Source of the DNA: Escherichia phage Zappy
Strand: one strand, 5' to 3'
DNA length: 40,562 bases
Sequence record: OQ870568.1
Made by a program: the position numbers and the translations under genes. Below, piece after piece: positions 29,081-36,745 of the stretch (within the stretch, counting starts at the first letter, position 1; each line of letters starts with the position of its first letter). A model generated the notes under the pieces. The model had not been told where the DNA came from. It made no database searches and saw only the letters and a program-made list of their open reading frames with translations.

Positions 29081-30065
29081 TTGGTGTCTCCTCCATGTAG
29101 GTAATCTGGCAGGCCCAGCCTTTATAATAATCAGGGTCGGACTTAACGTTTTCGGTGAACTCGGACATTAGGGCGCGACTAATGTTAGTTGCGGAGACCT
29201 CCATCCCGTTCTCAAGCATAACGTCAAAGCCGATGACCATACCTTCGTTGGCTAGACCTTCTGTTCCCCATATAGGCCGTACAACGTGACCGTCTGCCTC
29301 TTCGCTTGGTTTCATCTTGAACATACCTGACTTCTTGCCACGCTTCCAGCGTCCCAGTGGGTCTTTAACTACCAGACCCTCATGGCCCTCTTCTCTCTTC
29401 TTCTCATACAAGTCAGTAAGCTCGTCTAAGCTAAACACTGTATGACTCTCAGATAGCACCCAGTCGATTTCCGGGAAGTATTTCTGGAGGAGAGGGACGA
29501 CAGCTTCGGCCTTCAGTCGCGTTACGCTGTGGATAGGCCCTTCAGCTTTTGGGTCGAGGATGACGTTAAGGTCAATAATCCCGTATACAACCACTTGGAT
29601 GTGCTCGGCTGCCAGTAGGAACGGAAGTTTAGACTTAGCGCCTGTAGACTTACGAGGCATCTCGTCAAACTTTACGTCATTGAACTTTAGGTTATCAGGC
29701 TTCAGCCACTTCGTGCGAATAAGTCCTGAGGATGTGTTGAAGTCTACACCCTTTACCATCACCTCGCCGTCAATCATCAGGCCAGTACCTTCGTATCCAG
29801 CCTGTTTAAGGAACCATCGCCAGTCGCTAGCCTTGGCAGCACCGATGTCGTCACCGGATGTGCCCAGCCAGCTTAGGGCCGGAAGCTCTTTAGACTCACG
29901 GCTCAACCATTGAGTCTCACCAGTAGGGAAGACCGGGAGATTCAGGCGCACACCGTCGTACTTCACTTCAGCTTCCAGAGACCCGGCTGCTTCCAGTGCC
30001 TTCTTAACGCCAGACTCAGAGTAATCTACAGCGCGGTGCGGGTTAGTCTTAATAGTCGTAGTCAT
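29010..30065 (-). CDS. 1.3: ATP-dependent DNA ligase gp1.3, ~351 aa (start moved to ATG 30065)
   Basis: ORF track 29010..30080; IKTNP, EVKYDGVR, EGHEGLVVKDP, WACQITYMEETPSGLLRHPSF resemble T7 ligase; the ATG at 30065 has a GGAG RBS and matches the T7 N-terminus. Confidence 0.9.
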   Translation of the reverse strand: MTTTIKTNPHRAVDYSESGVKKALEAAGSLEAEVKYDGVRLNLPVFPTGETQWLSRESKELPALSWLGTSGDDIGAAKASDWRWFLKQAGYEGTGLMIDGEVMVKGVDFNTSSGLIRTKWLKPDNLKFNDVKFDEMPRKSTGAKSKLPFLLAAEHIQVVVYGIIDLNVILDPKAEGPIHSVTRLKAEAVVPLLQKYFPEIDWVLSESHTVFSLDELTDLYEKKREEGHEGLVVKDPLGRWKRGKKSGMFKMKPSEEADGHVVRPIWGTEGLANEGMVIGFDVMLENGMEVSATNISRALMSEFTENVKSDPDYYKGWACQITYMEETPSGLLRHPSFDQWRGTEDDPTVKI

Positions 30066-30328
30066 TATGATTTGCTCCATGTGTCGAGATGGTCAGCGAG
30101 ACCGTTGAGGTAGTCGGTTGCAGTGTTATACAGCACGTCTTCATCGTAGCGTGCGAAGGTTACAAGCGCGAAGATGTTACCAGCTCGGTCCTCAACCCTG
30201 AGTCTCATACACTCTTGGCGTGACGCAAGGTCTTGAAACTCCTGAGTTATGACAGCGAAGTCTAACTGATAGAGCCTGTTACACGCTGCTTTGAAAGCGT
30301 TTAGGTTGCCACTATAAAGTCGGCCCAT
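30065..30328 (-). CDS. 1.2: gp1.2-like protein (dGTPase inhibitor homologue), 87 aa
   Basis: ORF track; MGRLYSGNLNAFKAACNRLYQLDFAVI closely resembles the T7 gp1.2 N-terminus. Confidence 0.8.
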   Translation of the reverse strand: MGRLYSGNLNAFKAACNRLYQLDFAVITQEFQDLASRQECMRLRVEDRAGNIFALVTFARYDEDVLYNTATDYLNGLADHLDTWSKS

Positions 30329-30332
30329 AGCG

Positions 30333-30512
30333 TTATGCTCCTACGAAATACTTCTCTTGGTTGACCATAGAGTCTTTGCCCTCAGCGTTACGAAAAGCAC
30401 CCTTGACACCACCACCACGCTTGGTCTTGTTCAGCTTGCGGCCCTTCGTAATGTAATCTTCAGTCTGCTGACGTTCACGGATGCGCTCGAAGTTGATAGT
30501 GTTCTGATACAT
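30333..30512 (-). CDS. 1.1: gp1.1-like protein, 59 aa
   Basis: Hand translation MYQNTINFERIRERQQTEDYITKGRKLNKTKRGGGVKGAF...; TKGRKLNKTKR matches T7 gp1.1; RBS GGAG. Below the ORF-track size cut-off. Confidence 0.7.
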   Translation of the reverse strand: MYQNTINFERIRERQQTEDYITKGRKLNKTKRGGGVKGAFRNAEGKDSMVNQEKYFVGA

Positions 30513-30552
30513 TGTTGTAGCTCCAGTTGTTTAGGTTATAGGGTTAATCATG

Positions 30553-30579
30553 AAGGCCACGACTCTGAGTCATGACCTT
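30553..30579 (-). promoter_or_regulatory. RNase III-type processing hairpin (R1.1-like)
   Basis: Minus-strand AAGGTCATGACTCAGAGTCGTGGCCTT; stem pairs with G-U wobbles, so it is an RNA-level structure; same position as T7 R1.1 (between gene 1 and gene 1.1). Confidence 0.5.
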
Positions 30580-30584
30580 GAGTC

Positions 30585-30607
30585 TAATCCTATAGTGATA
30601 GTTTAGG
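30585..30607 (-). promoter_or_regulatory. Phage RNAP promoter (phi1.1-like), CCTAAACTATCACTATAGGATTA
   Basis: Motif match; first promoter downstream of the RNAP gene, as for T7 phi1.1A. Confidence 0.75.
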
Positions 30608-30685
30608 TTAACCTCTTCTGAGTTGGATTAAAGTGAATACTGCGAGTGCTCCCAGCCACAAGGCCAGTAACTGTAGGTATGTCAT
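30608..30685 (-). CDS. Possible 25-aa hydrophobic peptide (MTYLQLLALWLGALAVFTLIQLRRG)
   Basis: ATG overlaps the stop of the upstream 66-aa ORF as ATGA (translational coupling); entirely hydrophobic. Confidence 0.3.
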   Translation of the reverse strand: MTYLQLLALWLGALAVFTLIQLRRG

Positions 30686-30882
30686 TTGGTTGCCTCTTCC
30701 CGTAGGGCCTTCTCGTGTGACCACTGGATTACCTGAATCAGCTCCTTCTGGCTGATACCCTTGGCCTTAGCCGTTCCAGTCGGGACCATAGTAACCTTGA
30801 CCAGACCCTTGCCAGCCACAGTGGTTACGGTTACTACCTTGTTGCCGCCAGATACGTTGGATACACGGTGTGCGAACTGCAT
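30682..30882 (-). CDS. Hypothetical protein, 66 aa, directly downstream of the RNAP gene
   Basis: ORF track; no recognised similarity. Confidence 0.5.
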   Translation of the reverse strand: MQFAHRVSNVSGGNKVVTVTTVAGKGLVKVTMVPTGTAKAKGISQKELIQVIQWSHEKALREEATK

Positions 30883-30900
30883 GTTGTCTCTCCTATGTTA

Positions 30901-33582
30901 TTAAGCGAATGCAAAGTCTGAAGACAAGATGTCTTCGATATTCAGTTTACCTTTCTTCGGAAGCTCAGGCAACTTATCGCGCTGGCTCTCGTGAAGCTGG
31001 TATTCAAACTGCTCGTAGAAGTCAAGCAGCACATCGTTGTCGCGGTAGGTCTCGACCATCGTCTCACGGACGCCACGGAACAGATACTCAGCGTCAGCCG
31101 GGATGGTCCCGAAGCTATCGTGAATCACTGCGAATGACATCACGCCATACTTGCGGTGCGTGTGGACTACAGTCTTGCGTAGGTGGCTACCATCTTGTGA
31201 GTGGACGAAGTTCGGGCTAATGCCTGACTCCTGCTTGTGCTTGTCCAGCTCTTTCTTAGTACCTTTGTTGACTGTAGGCTGAAGGTTAAATGACCCTAAG
31301 AACATCAGGTTCAAACGTGTGGTATCCTTCTTGCGGTATTCCTGCCAGACCGGGAAACCATCAGGTGTTACCCAGTGTACAGGAAGGCAAGGCTTCAGGA
31401 TTTCACCAGTCTTCTTGTCCTTCACTTCAGCAGCCAGCAACTTGGCAGCGCCTTGAAGCCACTTCATCGCGTCAACCGCAGCAACTACTGTCACACTCAC
31501 AGCTTCCCAAATCATCTTAGCCATGAAGCGAGACGCTTGGCTCGGCTCGGTGAACATAGCGCCAGACCCTGAGTCAATCGCTGGCATCACGATGTCCTCG
31601 TAAACTTGGTCTGCGAAGCCGTACTCTTTCGACCCGTATGCCAGAGTCATGACTGAACGCTTAGTGACCTTGCGTGACATCCCGTAGGTCAGCCACTGAC
31701 GGGCCAGCTCTCGTGTCCCCAGCTTGATACGTTCGGTAATCTCACCAGTTTTCTTGTCCTCGTGAGTGACCATCTCGTTGTCAGTACCGTTAATCAGCAG
31801 GACTTTAAGCTCCTCATCAATGCGGTCAGACACGATGCGGTAGATGTCTTGGACCTTACCGGATGGCGTCAGATTTACTGCATGTCCACCAATGTGGTCA
31901 CGAAGCATCGCGCTGAAGTGCTGAATACCAGAGCAGGACCCATCGAACGCTATCGGCAGTGAGCAGGAGTAAGACAATCCGTGGTGCATTACACCAGCAT
32001 ACTCGAAGCAGAACGCAAGGAAGCAGAACGGAGAGTCTAACTTGCCCCACCACTCAATACTATCCATCGGTGCCTTAGCAGCAGCCATGATGTTTTCGTG
32101 GTTGTCTTCCACCCACTTGATGCGCTCCTCGAAGGTGACTTTATCAACACCCGCGCAGTTTGCACCATGGACCTTCAGCCATTTGAAACCGTCAGCACCA
32201 ATAGGCTTACCGACTGCCAGAGTCAGGAGACCCTTCTGCATGTCGTTACCCTGAGGGTTGAACATCGGCACAGCGTAGACTCGACCGCGCCAGTCCATGT
32301 TGTATGGAAACCAGATGGCCTTGAACTGAGAGAACTTATTCGCTTGGTTGACGATAAAGCTCAGTGATAATCTGCGTGACTGTCGGGCCTTCTCGCGGCG
32401 ATAGATACCAGCAGCAGCCTTCTTCCATGCCTTGAGTTCCTCCTCGGTCTCACCCGCATAGTCCTCAGGCTTCAGTGGTTCCATCTGAGGGATGTCATCG
32501 ATAGGCGTGTTGTTCAACTTCTCGACCATGTTCACCACGTCCAATACCTTCTTGTTTACTTTCCAAGGTGTATTTTGAATGATGTTCACAGCGTCATAGA
32601 CTTCAGGCATGTACACGTCTTCATAACGTGCTACCGCAGACTTAGACCCTAAGCGAATCAATGGTAACGGTCTGCGACCTTTGGCCCAGTACCCACCGCC
32701 TACTACACCAGTCCACGGCTTAGGTGGAACGACGCAAGGCTGGTAGACTGGAGCGATACCCGCAAGGCTGAATCCTCGTTGTGCCATCTTCTTGACCCAG
32801 AAGTCTGACAGGTGGACCATCTCAACGTCAGCCGCCGCATTGCCAGCACCATAACGCTTAAGCTCGACCAGTTGTGTGGACTGGATGACAATCTCTAGCA
32901 TCTTGATGCCAACGTGTACCGCTTCGGTCGGACTCCAAGTACCCCACGCATCTTCCAGTTGACCTTGCTCCAGCATGGAGGTCTCAACTGCTTGCATGTA
33001 GGCTTTCTTGTAGGATGCCCCGGACCGCTTATTCAGGTTATCAGCTATCGCCTTCTTGAAATGCTCTTTCTCCTTGTCACGGATGCGACCGAATCGGATT
33101 TCATCCTCAAGTGTGCGACCTATCGCGGAGGCCATTGGTGTAATCGGTATCCCTTCAGGCTTTACCAGCTTGGAGAGGATGACCTTCAGTATGATAACCG
33201 CAGCAGACTCACAGGAGATGCGCATCGAGCGGTCTTTAACGCCCTTCTCTTCAGTGCTCAACATGGTGAACGCTACGCTAGGACGTGAGGTTGACAGCTT
33301 CCCGTCTTGTCCTTCATGCCACTCCTTGACGGCTTGCGCAATCTTAGGTACCAGAGTCTGCATCAAAGGCTTGGCGACCTGATTGTCTGCCAGTTCCCCG
33401 CGCTCGGTCTGGCGCTCAAGGTTCTTGATGAAACGTCGCTCACCTTCTGTGTATGCCTCATGCTCAAGCTGAAGCTGTTTGACTGCAAGGTCTTGCCCGT
33501 AGTGGTCGGCCAGCAGGTTAAACGGCTCAATGGCGTTCGACACATCAGAGAAGTCGTGTTTGTCAATAGAGATGACGCTCAT
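30901..33582 (-). CDS. 1: Single-subunit DNA-directed RNA polymerase gp1, 893 aa
   Basis: ORF track; long near-identical stretches to T7 RNAP (PFCFLAFCFEYAGV, FDGSCSGIQHFSAMLRD, AIWFPYNMDWRGRVYAV, SFGTIPADA, C-terminal FAFA). Confidence 0.97.
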   Translation of the reverse strand: MSVISIDKHDFSDVSNAIEPFNLLADHYGQDLAVKQLQLEHEAYTEGERRFIKNLERQTERGELADNQVAKPLMQTLVPKIAQAVKEWHEGQDGKLSTSRPSVAFTMLSTEEKGVKDRSMRISCESAAVIILKVILSKLVKPEGIPITPMASAIGRTLEDEIRFGRIRDKEKEHFKKAIADNLNKRSGASYKKAYMQAVETSMLEQGQLEDAWGTWSPTEAVHVGIKMLEIVIQSTQLVELKRYGAGNAAADVEMVHLSDFWVKKMAQRGFSLAGIAPVYQPCVVPPKPWTGVVGGGYWAKGRRPLPLIRLGSKSAVARYEDVYMPEVYDAVNIIQNTPWKVNKKVLDVVNMVEKLNNTPIDDIPQMEPLKPEDYAGETEEELKAWKKAAAGIYRREKARQSRRLSLSFIVNQANKFSQFKAIWFPYNMDWRGRVYAVPMFNPQGNDMQKGLLTLAVGKPIGADGFKWLKVHGANCAGVDKVTFEERIKWVEDNHENIMAAAKAPMDSIEWWGKLDSPFCFLAFCFEYAGVMHHGLSYSCSLPIAFDGSCSGIQHFSAMLRDHIGGHAVNLTPSGKVQDIYRIVSDRIDEELKVLLINGTDNEMVTHEDKKTGEITERIKLGTRELARQWLTYGMSRKVTKRSVMTLAYGSKEYGFADQVYEDIVMPAIDSGSGAMFTEPSQASRFMAKMIWEAVSVTVVAAVDAMKWLQGAAKLLAAEVKDKKTGEILKPCLPVHWVTPDGFPVWQEYRKKDTTRLNLMFLGSFNLQPTVNKGTKKELDKHKQESGISPNFVHSQDGSHLRKTVVHTHRKYGVMSFAVIHDSFGTIPADAEYLFRGVRETMVETYRDNDVLLDFYEQFEYQLHESQRDKLPELPKKGKLNIEDILSSDFAFA

Positions 33583-33602
33583 ACTTAAAGTCCTTGTTAT
33601 TA

Positions 33603-33642
33603 GTCTTTCACTTAGAGTCTCTTTGGTCTTTCACTTGGAGTC
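33603..33642. repeat. 17-bp direct repeat x2 (gtctttcactt[a/g]gagtc) in the RNAP leader
   Basis: Two copies 23 bp apart between the promoter at 33652-33674 and the RNAP start codon. Confidence 0.6.
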
Positions 33643-33651
33643 TTAGACCTT

Positions 33652-33674
33652 GAGTCCTATAGTGATAGTTAAGT
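33652..33674 (-). promoter_or_regulatory. Phage RNAP promoter located 75 bp upstream of the RNAP gene itself, ACTTAACTATCACTATAGGACTC
   Basis: Motif match; lies between the stop of the 86-aa early ORF (33680) and the RNAP ATG (33582). Confidence 0.7.
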
Positions 33675-33679
33675 CATAA

Positions 33680-33940
33680 TTACTTGCATATCAGTGGGTT
33701 AGCGTGAAGATGACTGAAGTCACCGTGAGTCGTGTGCTTGATGGTCGACCGTTGGTCTATCGCCTTCCAGCCTGAGACTAAAAGTTTACCATCGTCAGTG
33801 ATCGGTCGTCCACCAAACGCCAGACTCATCAGTTCGTACTTATTGCCCTCAGCCCTCATGCGGCGATGTAAGAACACGTCACGCTCTATTTGCTCTACAC
33901 GGCTACGGATAGATGGTTTGTTAATGTATACGGTTTTCAT
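33680..33940 (-). CDS. Early hypothetical protein, 86 aa
   Basis: ORF track; start overlaps the upstream stop as TAATG; occupies the T7 0.4-0.7 region. No similarity recognised. Confidence 0.55.
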   Translation of the reverse strand: MKTVYINKPSIRSRVEQIERDVFLHRRMRAEGNKYELMSLAFGGRPITDDGKLLVSGWKAIDQRSTIKHTTHGDFSHLHANPLICK

Positions 33941-34137
33941 TACAGTTTGCTCCCAATAGTTGCTATATCCCAGACGTTCGCTAAGTTGCGCATGAATCGT
34001 CCGTTAGGTTGATGTACAGTCCAGCGGACCATACGTACATAGTTGAATTTATAGACTTTACGCGCTTTGTTGATGTCTCTCATCAGCACGTAGGCGATAA
34101 GTCCATAGCCTATGGCTATCAATAATGAAGATATCAT
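33940..34137 (-). CDS. Early small membrane protein, 65 aa (N-terminal transmembrane segment)
   Basis: ORF track; MISSLLIAIGYGLIAYVLM hydrophobic helix; coupled by ATGA overlap to the upstream 29-aa ORF. Confidence 0.5.
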   Translation of the reverse strand: MISSLLIAIGYGLIAYVLMRDINKARKVYKFNYVRMVRWTVHQPNGRFMRNLANVWDIATIGSKL

Positions 34138-34223
34138 AGTGATTTCCGTTTAATACAATCGTATACCCCATAACCTATCATCAAGATAACTGGCGCTAGA
34201 CATACCCAGTAACCGATGTTCAT
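34134..34223 (-). CDS. Possible early 29-aa membrane peptide (MNIGYWVCLAPVILMIGYGVYDCIKRKSL)
   Basis: ATG with AGGAG 6 nt upstream; stop overlaps the next start as ATGA. Confidence 0.35.
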   Translation of the reverse strand: MNIGYWVCLAPVILMIGYGVYDCIKRKSL

Positions 34224-34437
34224 AATTAACTCCTATCAATTTAAGTGATAATCTTTGAGGCCACCTATCAGTCGTGACCTCTCGTCTATCACTCAGTGTG
34301 TAAGCTGTCGTGCATACGTTTGCGGCGCTTATAGACCACCTTCAGGAGACGCATAGACTCCTCGTGGTTTAATCGCCCGGTCTTGACCATAAGCCGGGCG
34401 GTGGTGACGTGGTACTGGCAGAGACCATAAGTTACCA

Positions 34438-34770
34438 TCACTCGCAGTCCTCTTCAGCCTCGTACCAGACCACCTCAGAGCTATTAGACACATCGTTATA
34501 CAGTGCCTCATAGATGCGAGCTTGTAGTATACGCGTTACGTCCTTGGTCTCAGGCATCAGCCCAGAGTCTTCGAACTCATTGTCAATACCATCAGCAGCC
34601 ATCACCGTGTAAATCTCGTGGTAATAATGCGGAACATTACCGTCTACGACCTCATGCAGCGCATCGCTGTAGTCATCGCCTTCAGCTATTTCGTCGCACT
34701 GAATACGCTCATTGAACAGCTCAACGGTTGCAGCCAGCAGCTCATAGTATGCGTTAGCGTTACGTTCCAT
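34438..34770 (-). CDS. ocr: Ocr (gp0.3) DNA-mimic anti-restriction protein, 110 aa
   Basis: ORF track; VPHYY, EFEDSGLMPETKDVTRILQARIYE and the acidic C-terminus resemble T7 Ocr; first gene after the early promoters. Confidence 0.85.
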   Translation of the reverse strand: MERNANAYYELLAATVELFNERIQCDEIAEGDDYSDALHEVVDGNVPHYYHEIYTVMAADGIDNEFEDSGLMPETKDVTRILQARIYEALYNDVSNSSEVVWYEAEEDCE

Positions 34771-34804
34771 AGTTATATCCTCTCAGTTGTTAGTGACTAT
34801 CAGT

Positions 34805-34836
34805 CAGGGCCTTCAGATGTAGATTCAAAGGCCCTG
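34805..34836 (-). promoter_or_regulatory. Stable hairpin in the ocr leader (R0.3-like RNase III site candidate)
   Basis: Perfect 9-bp inverted repeat CAGGGCCTT...AAGGCCCTG with a 14-nt loop, 35 nt upstream of the ocr ATG. Confidence 0.5.
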
Positions 34837-34876
34837 TAGTTAGTCGCTATCGGCGCACATTAAGAGTTTATCCAGA

Positions 34877-34889
34877 TTGTTAAAGAGCA
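34877..34889 (-). promoter_or_regulatory. boxA-like element TGCTCTTTAACAA in the early leader
   Basis: Exact match to the E. coli rrn boxA core on the transcribed strand, downstream of the early promoter. Confidence 0.5.
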
Positions 34890-34959
34890 TTCCCTTCAGT
34901 CAGAGGACTTCAGGTAGACCATTTCAGTGTTGGTCATCACCGTTGTTTCGATGTGGTAC

Positions 34960-34989
34960 ATCTTACATCTTATCGTTACATCTTGTCAA
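34960..34989 (-). promoter_or_regulatory. Host sigma70 early promoter (T7 A2/A3-like): TTGACA - 18 bp - TAAGAT
   Basis: Minus-strand GTTGACAAGATGTAACGATAAGATGTAAGATGTACCACAT; -35 perfect, -10 TAAGAT as in T7 A2; downstream GTACCACAT as in T7 A3. Confidence 0.65.
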
Positions 34990-35101
34990 CTACTTTCTGT
35001 CATCTGCCTGTTGTTCGTATGACTGATCAGGCTGTCTACTTAACCGGGATGGTCCGGCGTCTTCACTATCCGGTTGTTGCCGTGTCGTGTTGACGGAAGC
35101 T

Positions 35102-35130
35102 ATTAGGCCATATCCTTGACCTATAGTCAA
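35102..35130 (-). promoter_or_regulatory. Possible second sigma70 early promoter (A1-like): TTGACT - 17 bp - CCTAAT, with AT-rich upstream tract
   Basis: Good -35 and UP-like AT-rich region, but poor -10. Confidence 0.3.
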
Positions 35131-35280
35131 TAGGTAATTTGAAATAATATTGATTAAGTTATCGTCGGCCCCATGGTGTAAGAGGATATAGTCTTTGACT
35201 AACATGTCTTTGACCTTAAGTCTATAGCTCTGTGTCTAGTAACTGTAGGTCTCTGACTGTAGGCGTTGGTGTCTTATGGT

Positions 35281-35373
35281 TGAGACTGTAGGTTAGTGAG
35301 ACTGTAGGTTAGTGAGACTGTAGGTTAGTGAGACTGTAGGTTAGTGAGACTGTAGGTTAGTGAGACTGTAGGT
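35281..35373. repeat. Tandem array of a 16-bp unit (tgagactgtaggttag), 5 perfect copies plus a partial one
   Basis: Read directly; the core CTGTAGG also recurs at 35243, 35256, 35651 and 35668. Confidence 0.9.
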
Positions 35374-35848
35374 GTAGGACGTAATGTTATACTATAACAC
35401 TATACAGATAGAGACTCAAAGAAGACCTATAGCCCCTACCTATCGTCCTTCCCTAAGCCATAGCCTAGACCTATCGTTGACCTGAAGTCTTTACCATCGG
35501 TCCAACCTTATGATAGACTGGCTGTGACTGCAAGGAGCAGTAACGGGTAGGGCCTTTGGTCTGGACTTAAAGAGGGCCTATGGGGAGACTTGAGGTTCTT
35601 GAACTGTGAGATGTGGTCTCAAACTTTTGGTCCAAAACTCATCGTCACTACTGTAGGCCACAGCCACTGTAGGCCAAGGACCGTAGGTCAGGCGACACTA
35701 GGATAGACCAATAAGTAGGATGACCCTAAGTGAGCTTCTCTTAAGGTGTTACCTAAAGTCCTTGACTGCAGTAGCTAAGGTCAGTAGAGTAGCGTCAGCT
35801 ATGAACTGACCTTAGGTCTTCCGCTCATGAATCGTTACCATGATTGCG

Positions 35849-36007
35849 TTAATTACACTGAGAGACCAGAGAGCATACGAGAGTCTCGACCCACCCGACC
35901 CACTGACTTCCAGCAGTAACGCCAGCAGCAAGTAGAACAGCAGCAAGAAACCTGTATGTAGCTCGATTGGTCGCCAGAGCTTTAAGTACAGCTTTGGTCT
36001 TTGCCAT
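35849..36007 (-). CDS. Possible small membrane protein, 52 aa, at the gene 19.5 position
   Basis: Hand translation MAKTKAVLKALATNRATYRFLAAVLLAAGVTAGSQWVGWVETLVCSLVSQCN; AGGAGG 8 nt upstream of the ATG. Confidence 0.4.
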   Translation of the reverse strand: MAKTKAVLKALATNRATYRFLAAVLLAAGVTAGSQWVGWVETLVCSLVSQCN

Positions 36008-36153
36008 ATGCTACATACCTCCTGTATCTATGGTCGGTGACTATCTGTATTTGAGGGATTATGATTAATATCACCCTCCTCTATAGGGAGACTTAGAGTC
36101 TTATCTATATGCTAACTTTTAGTCGGCATACTATAAGGTCCCCCTAGGTCCCC

Positions 36154-36176
36154 CATCCCTATAGTGATAGTTAAGT
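36154..36176 (-). promoter_or_regulatory. Phage RNAP promoter (phiOR-like), ACTTAACTATCACTATAGGGATG
   Basis: Motif match; last promoter before the probable right genome end. Confidence 0.7.
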
Positions 36177-36189
36177 TAACCTATTGAAT

Positions 36190-36732
36190 TTACTTGTGGT
36201 TTCTCTTGGCCCTATCACGCTTAGGGGACCGTAGGGAAACAGCGTACTCCTTGTGCTTCTCTTCACGTAGTGCTGTCAGCCATGCTTCAAGTTCTATCAC
36301 AGAGTCGGAAGTCTTTGTGTAGCACTTACCCTTAAGTCGCAACTGAGCGCGATACTTTCCGGTAGGCTTGAAGAAGCTGATACCCTTAGGGAGACCATTA
36401 GTCTCGCCACCTCCTGAGTTCCATCTGTTCTCCAATGCTGTTACTAACCTGTAGTTATCCGGCCTGTCATCAAGCCTATCACCATTGATATGGTCAACCA
36501 TCATGCCAGAAGGTATTCGACCAACGGCTAGGCTGTAGATGATTCTGGCACGTCTATAGCGACTACCAAGGACCTTCACGATTGCGTACCCAGACGGATG
36601 GACTGAATGTCCCATGACCTCGCCTGGCTTCTTGTTAGAGCCTTTATAGGACTTCTTGCACACCAACTCACCATCTACATAAGCATAGTGATTAAAGAGG
36701 GCCACCCTGTCGATGGCCTTCTGTTTACTCAT
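36190..36732 (-). CDS. HNH homing endonuclease (HNH-B), 180 aa, immediately downstream of the large terminase gene
   Basis: ORF track; GRIPSGMMVDHINGDRLDDRPDNYRLVT HNH motif; RBS AGGAGG. Confidence 0.8.
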   Translation of the reverse strand: MSKQKAIDRVALFNHYAYVDGELVCKKSYKGSNKKPGEVMGHSVHPSGYAIVKVLGSRYRRARIIYSLAVGRIPSGMMVDHINGDRLDDRPDNYRLVTALENRWNSGGGETNGLPKGISFFKPTGKYRAQLRLKGKCYTKTSDSVIELEAWLTALREEKHKEYAVSLRSPKRDRAKRNHK

Positions 36733-36745
36733 ATTTCTCCTCCTA

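Noticed and set aside
33680-34770. Search for homologues of T7 protein kinase gp0.7 and RecBCD inhibitor gp5.9
   Set aside because: No ORF of suitable size or sequence found at the expected positions; the absence is reported rather than forcing an assignment.
35281-35373. Tandem repeat array considered as a CRISPR array
   Set aside because: Units are 16 bp and directly contiguous with no spacers, and there are no cas genes; it is a phage terminal-region repeat.
36074-36096. Plus-strand promoter-like sequence TATCACCCTCCTCTATAGGGAGA (and CATACTATAAGG at 36127-36138)
   Set aside because: Matches the consensus only from -5 to +6 and lacks the -8..-12 specificity region; it faces against all genes. 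Possibly a remnant or part of the genome-end region, but not called as a promoter.
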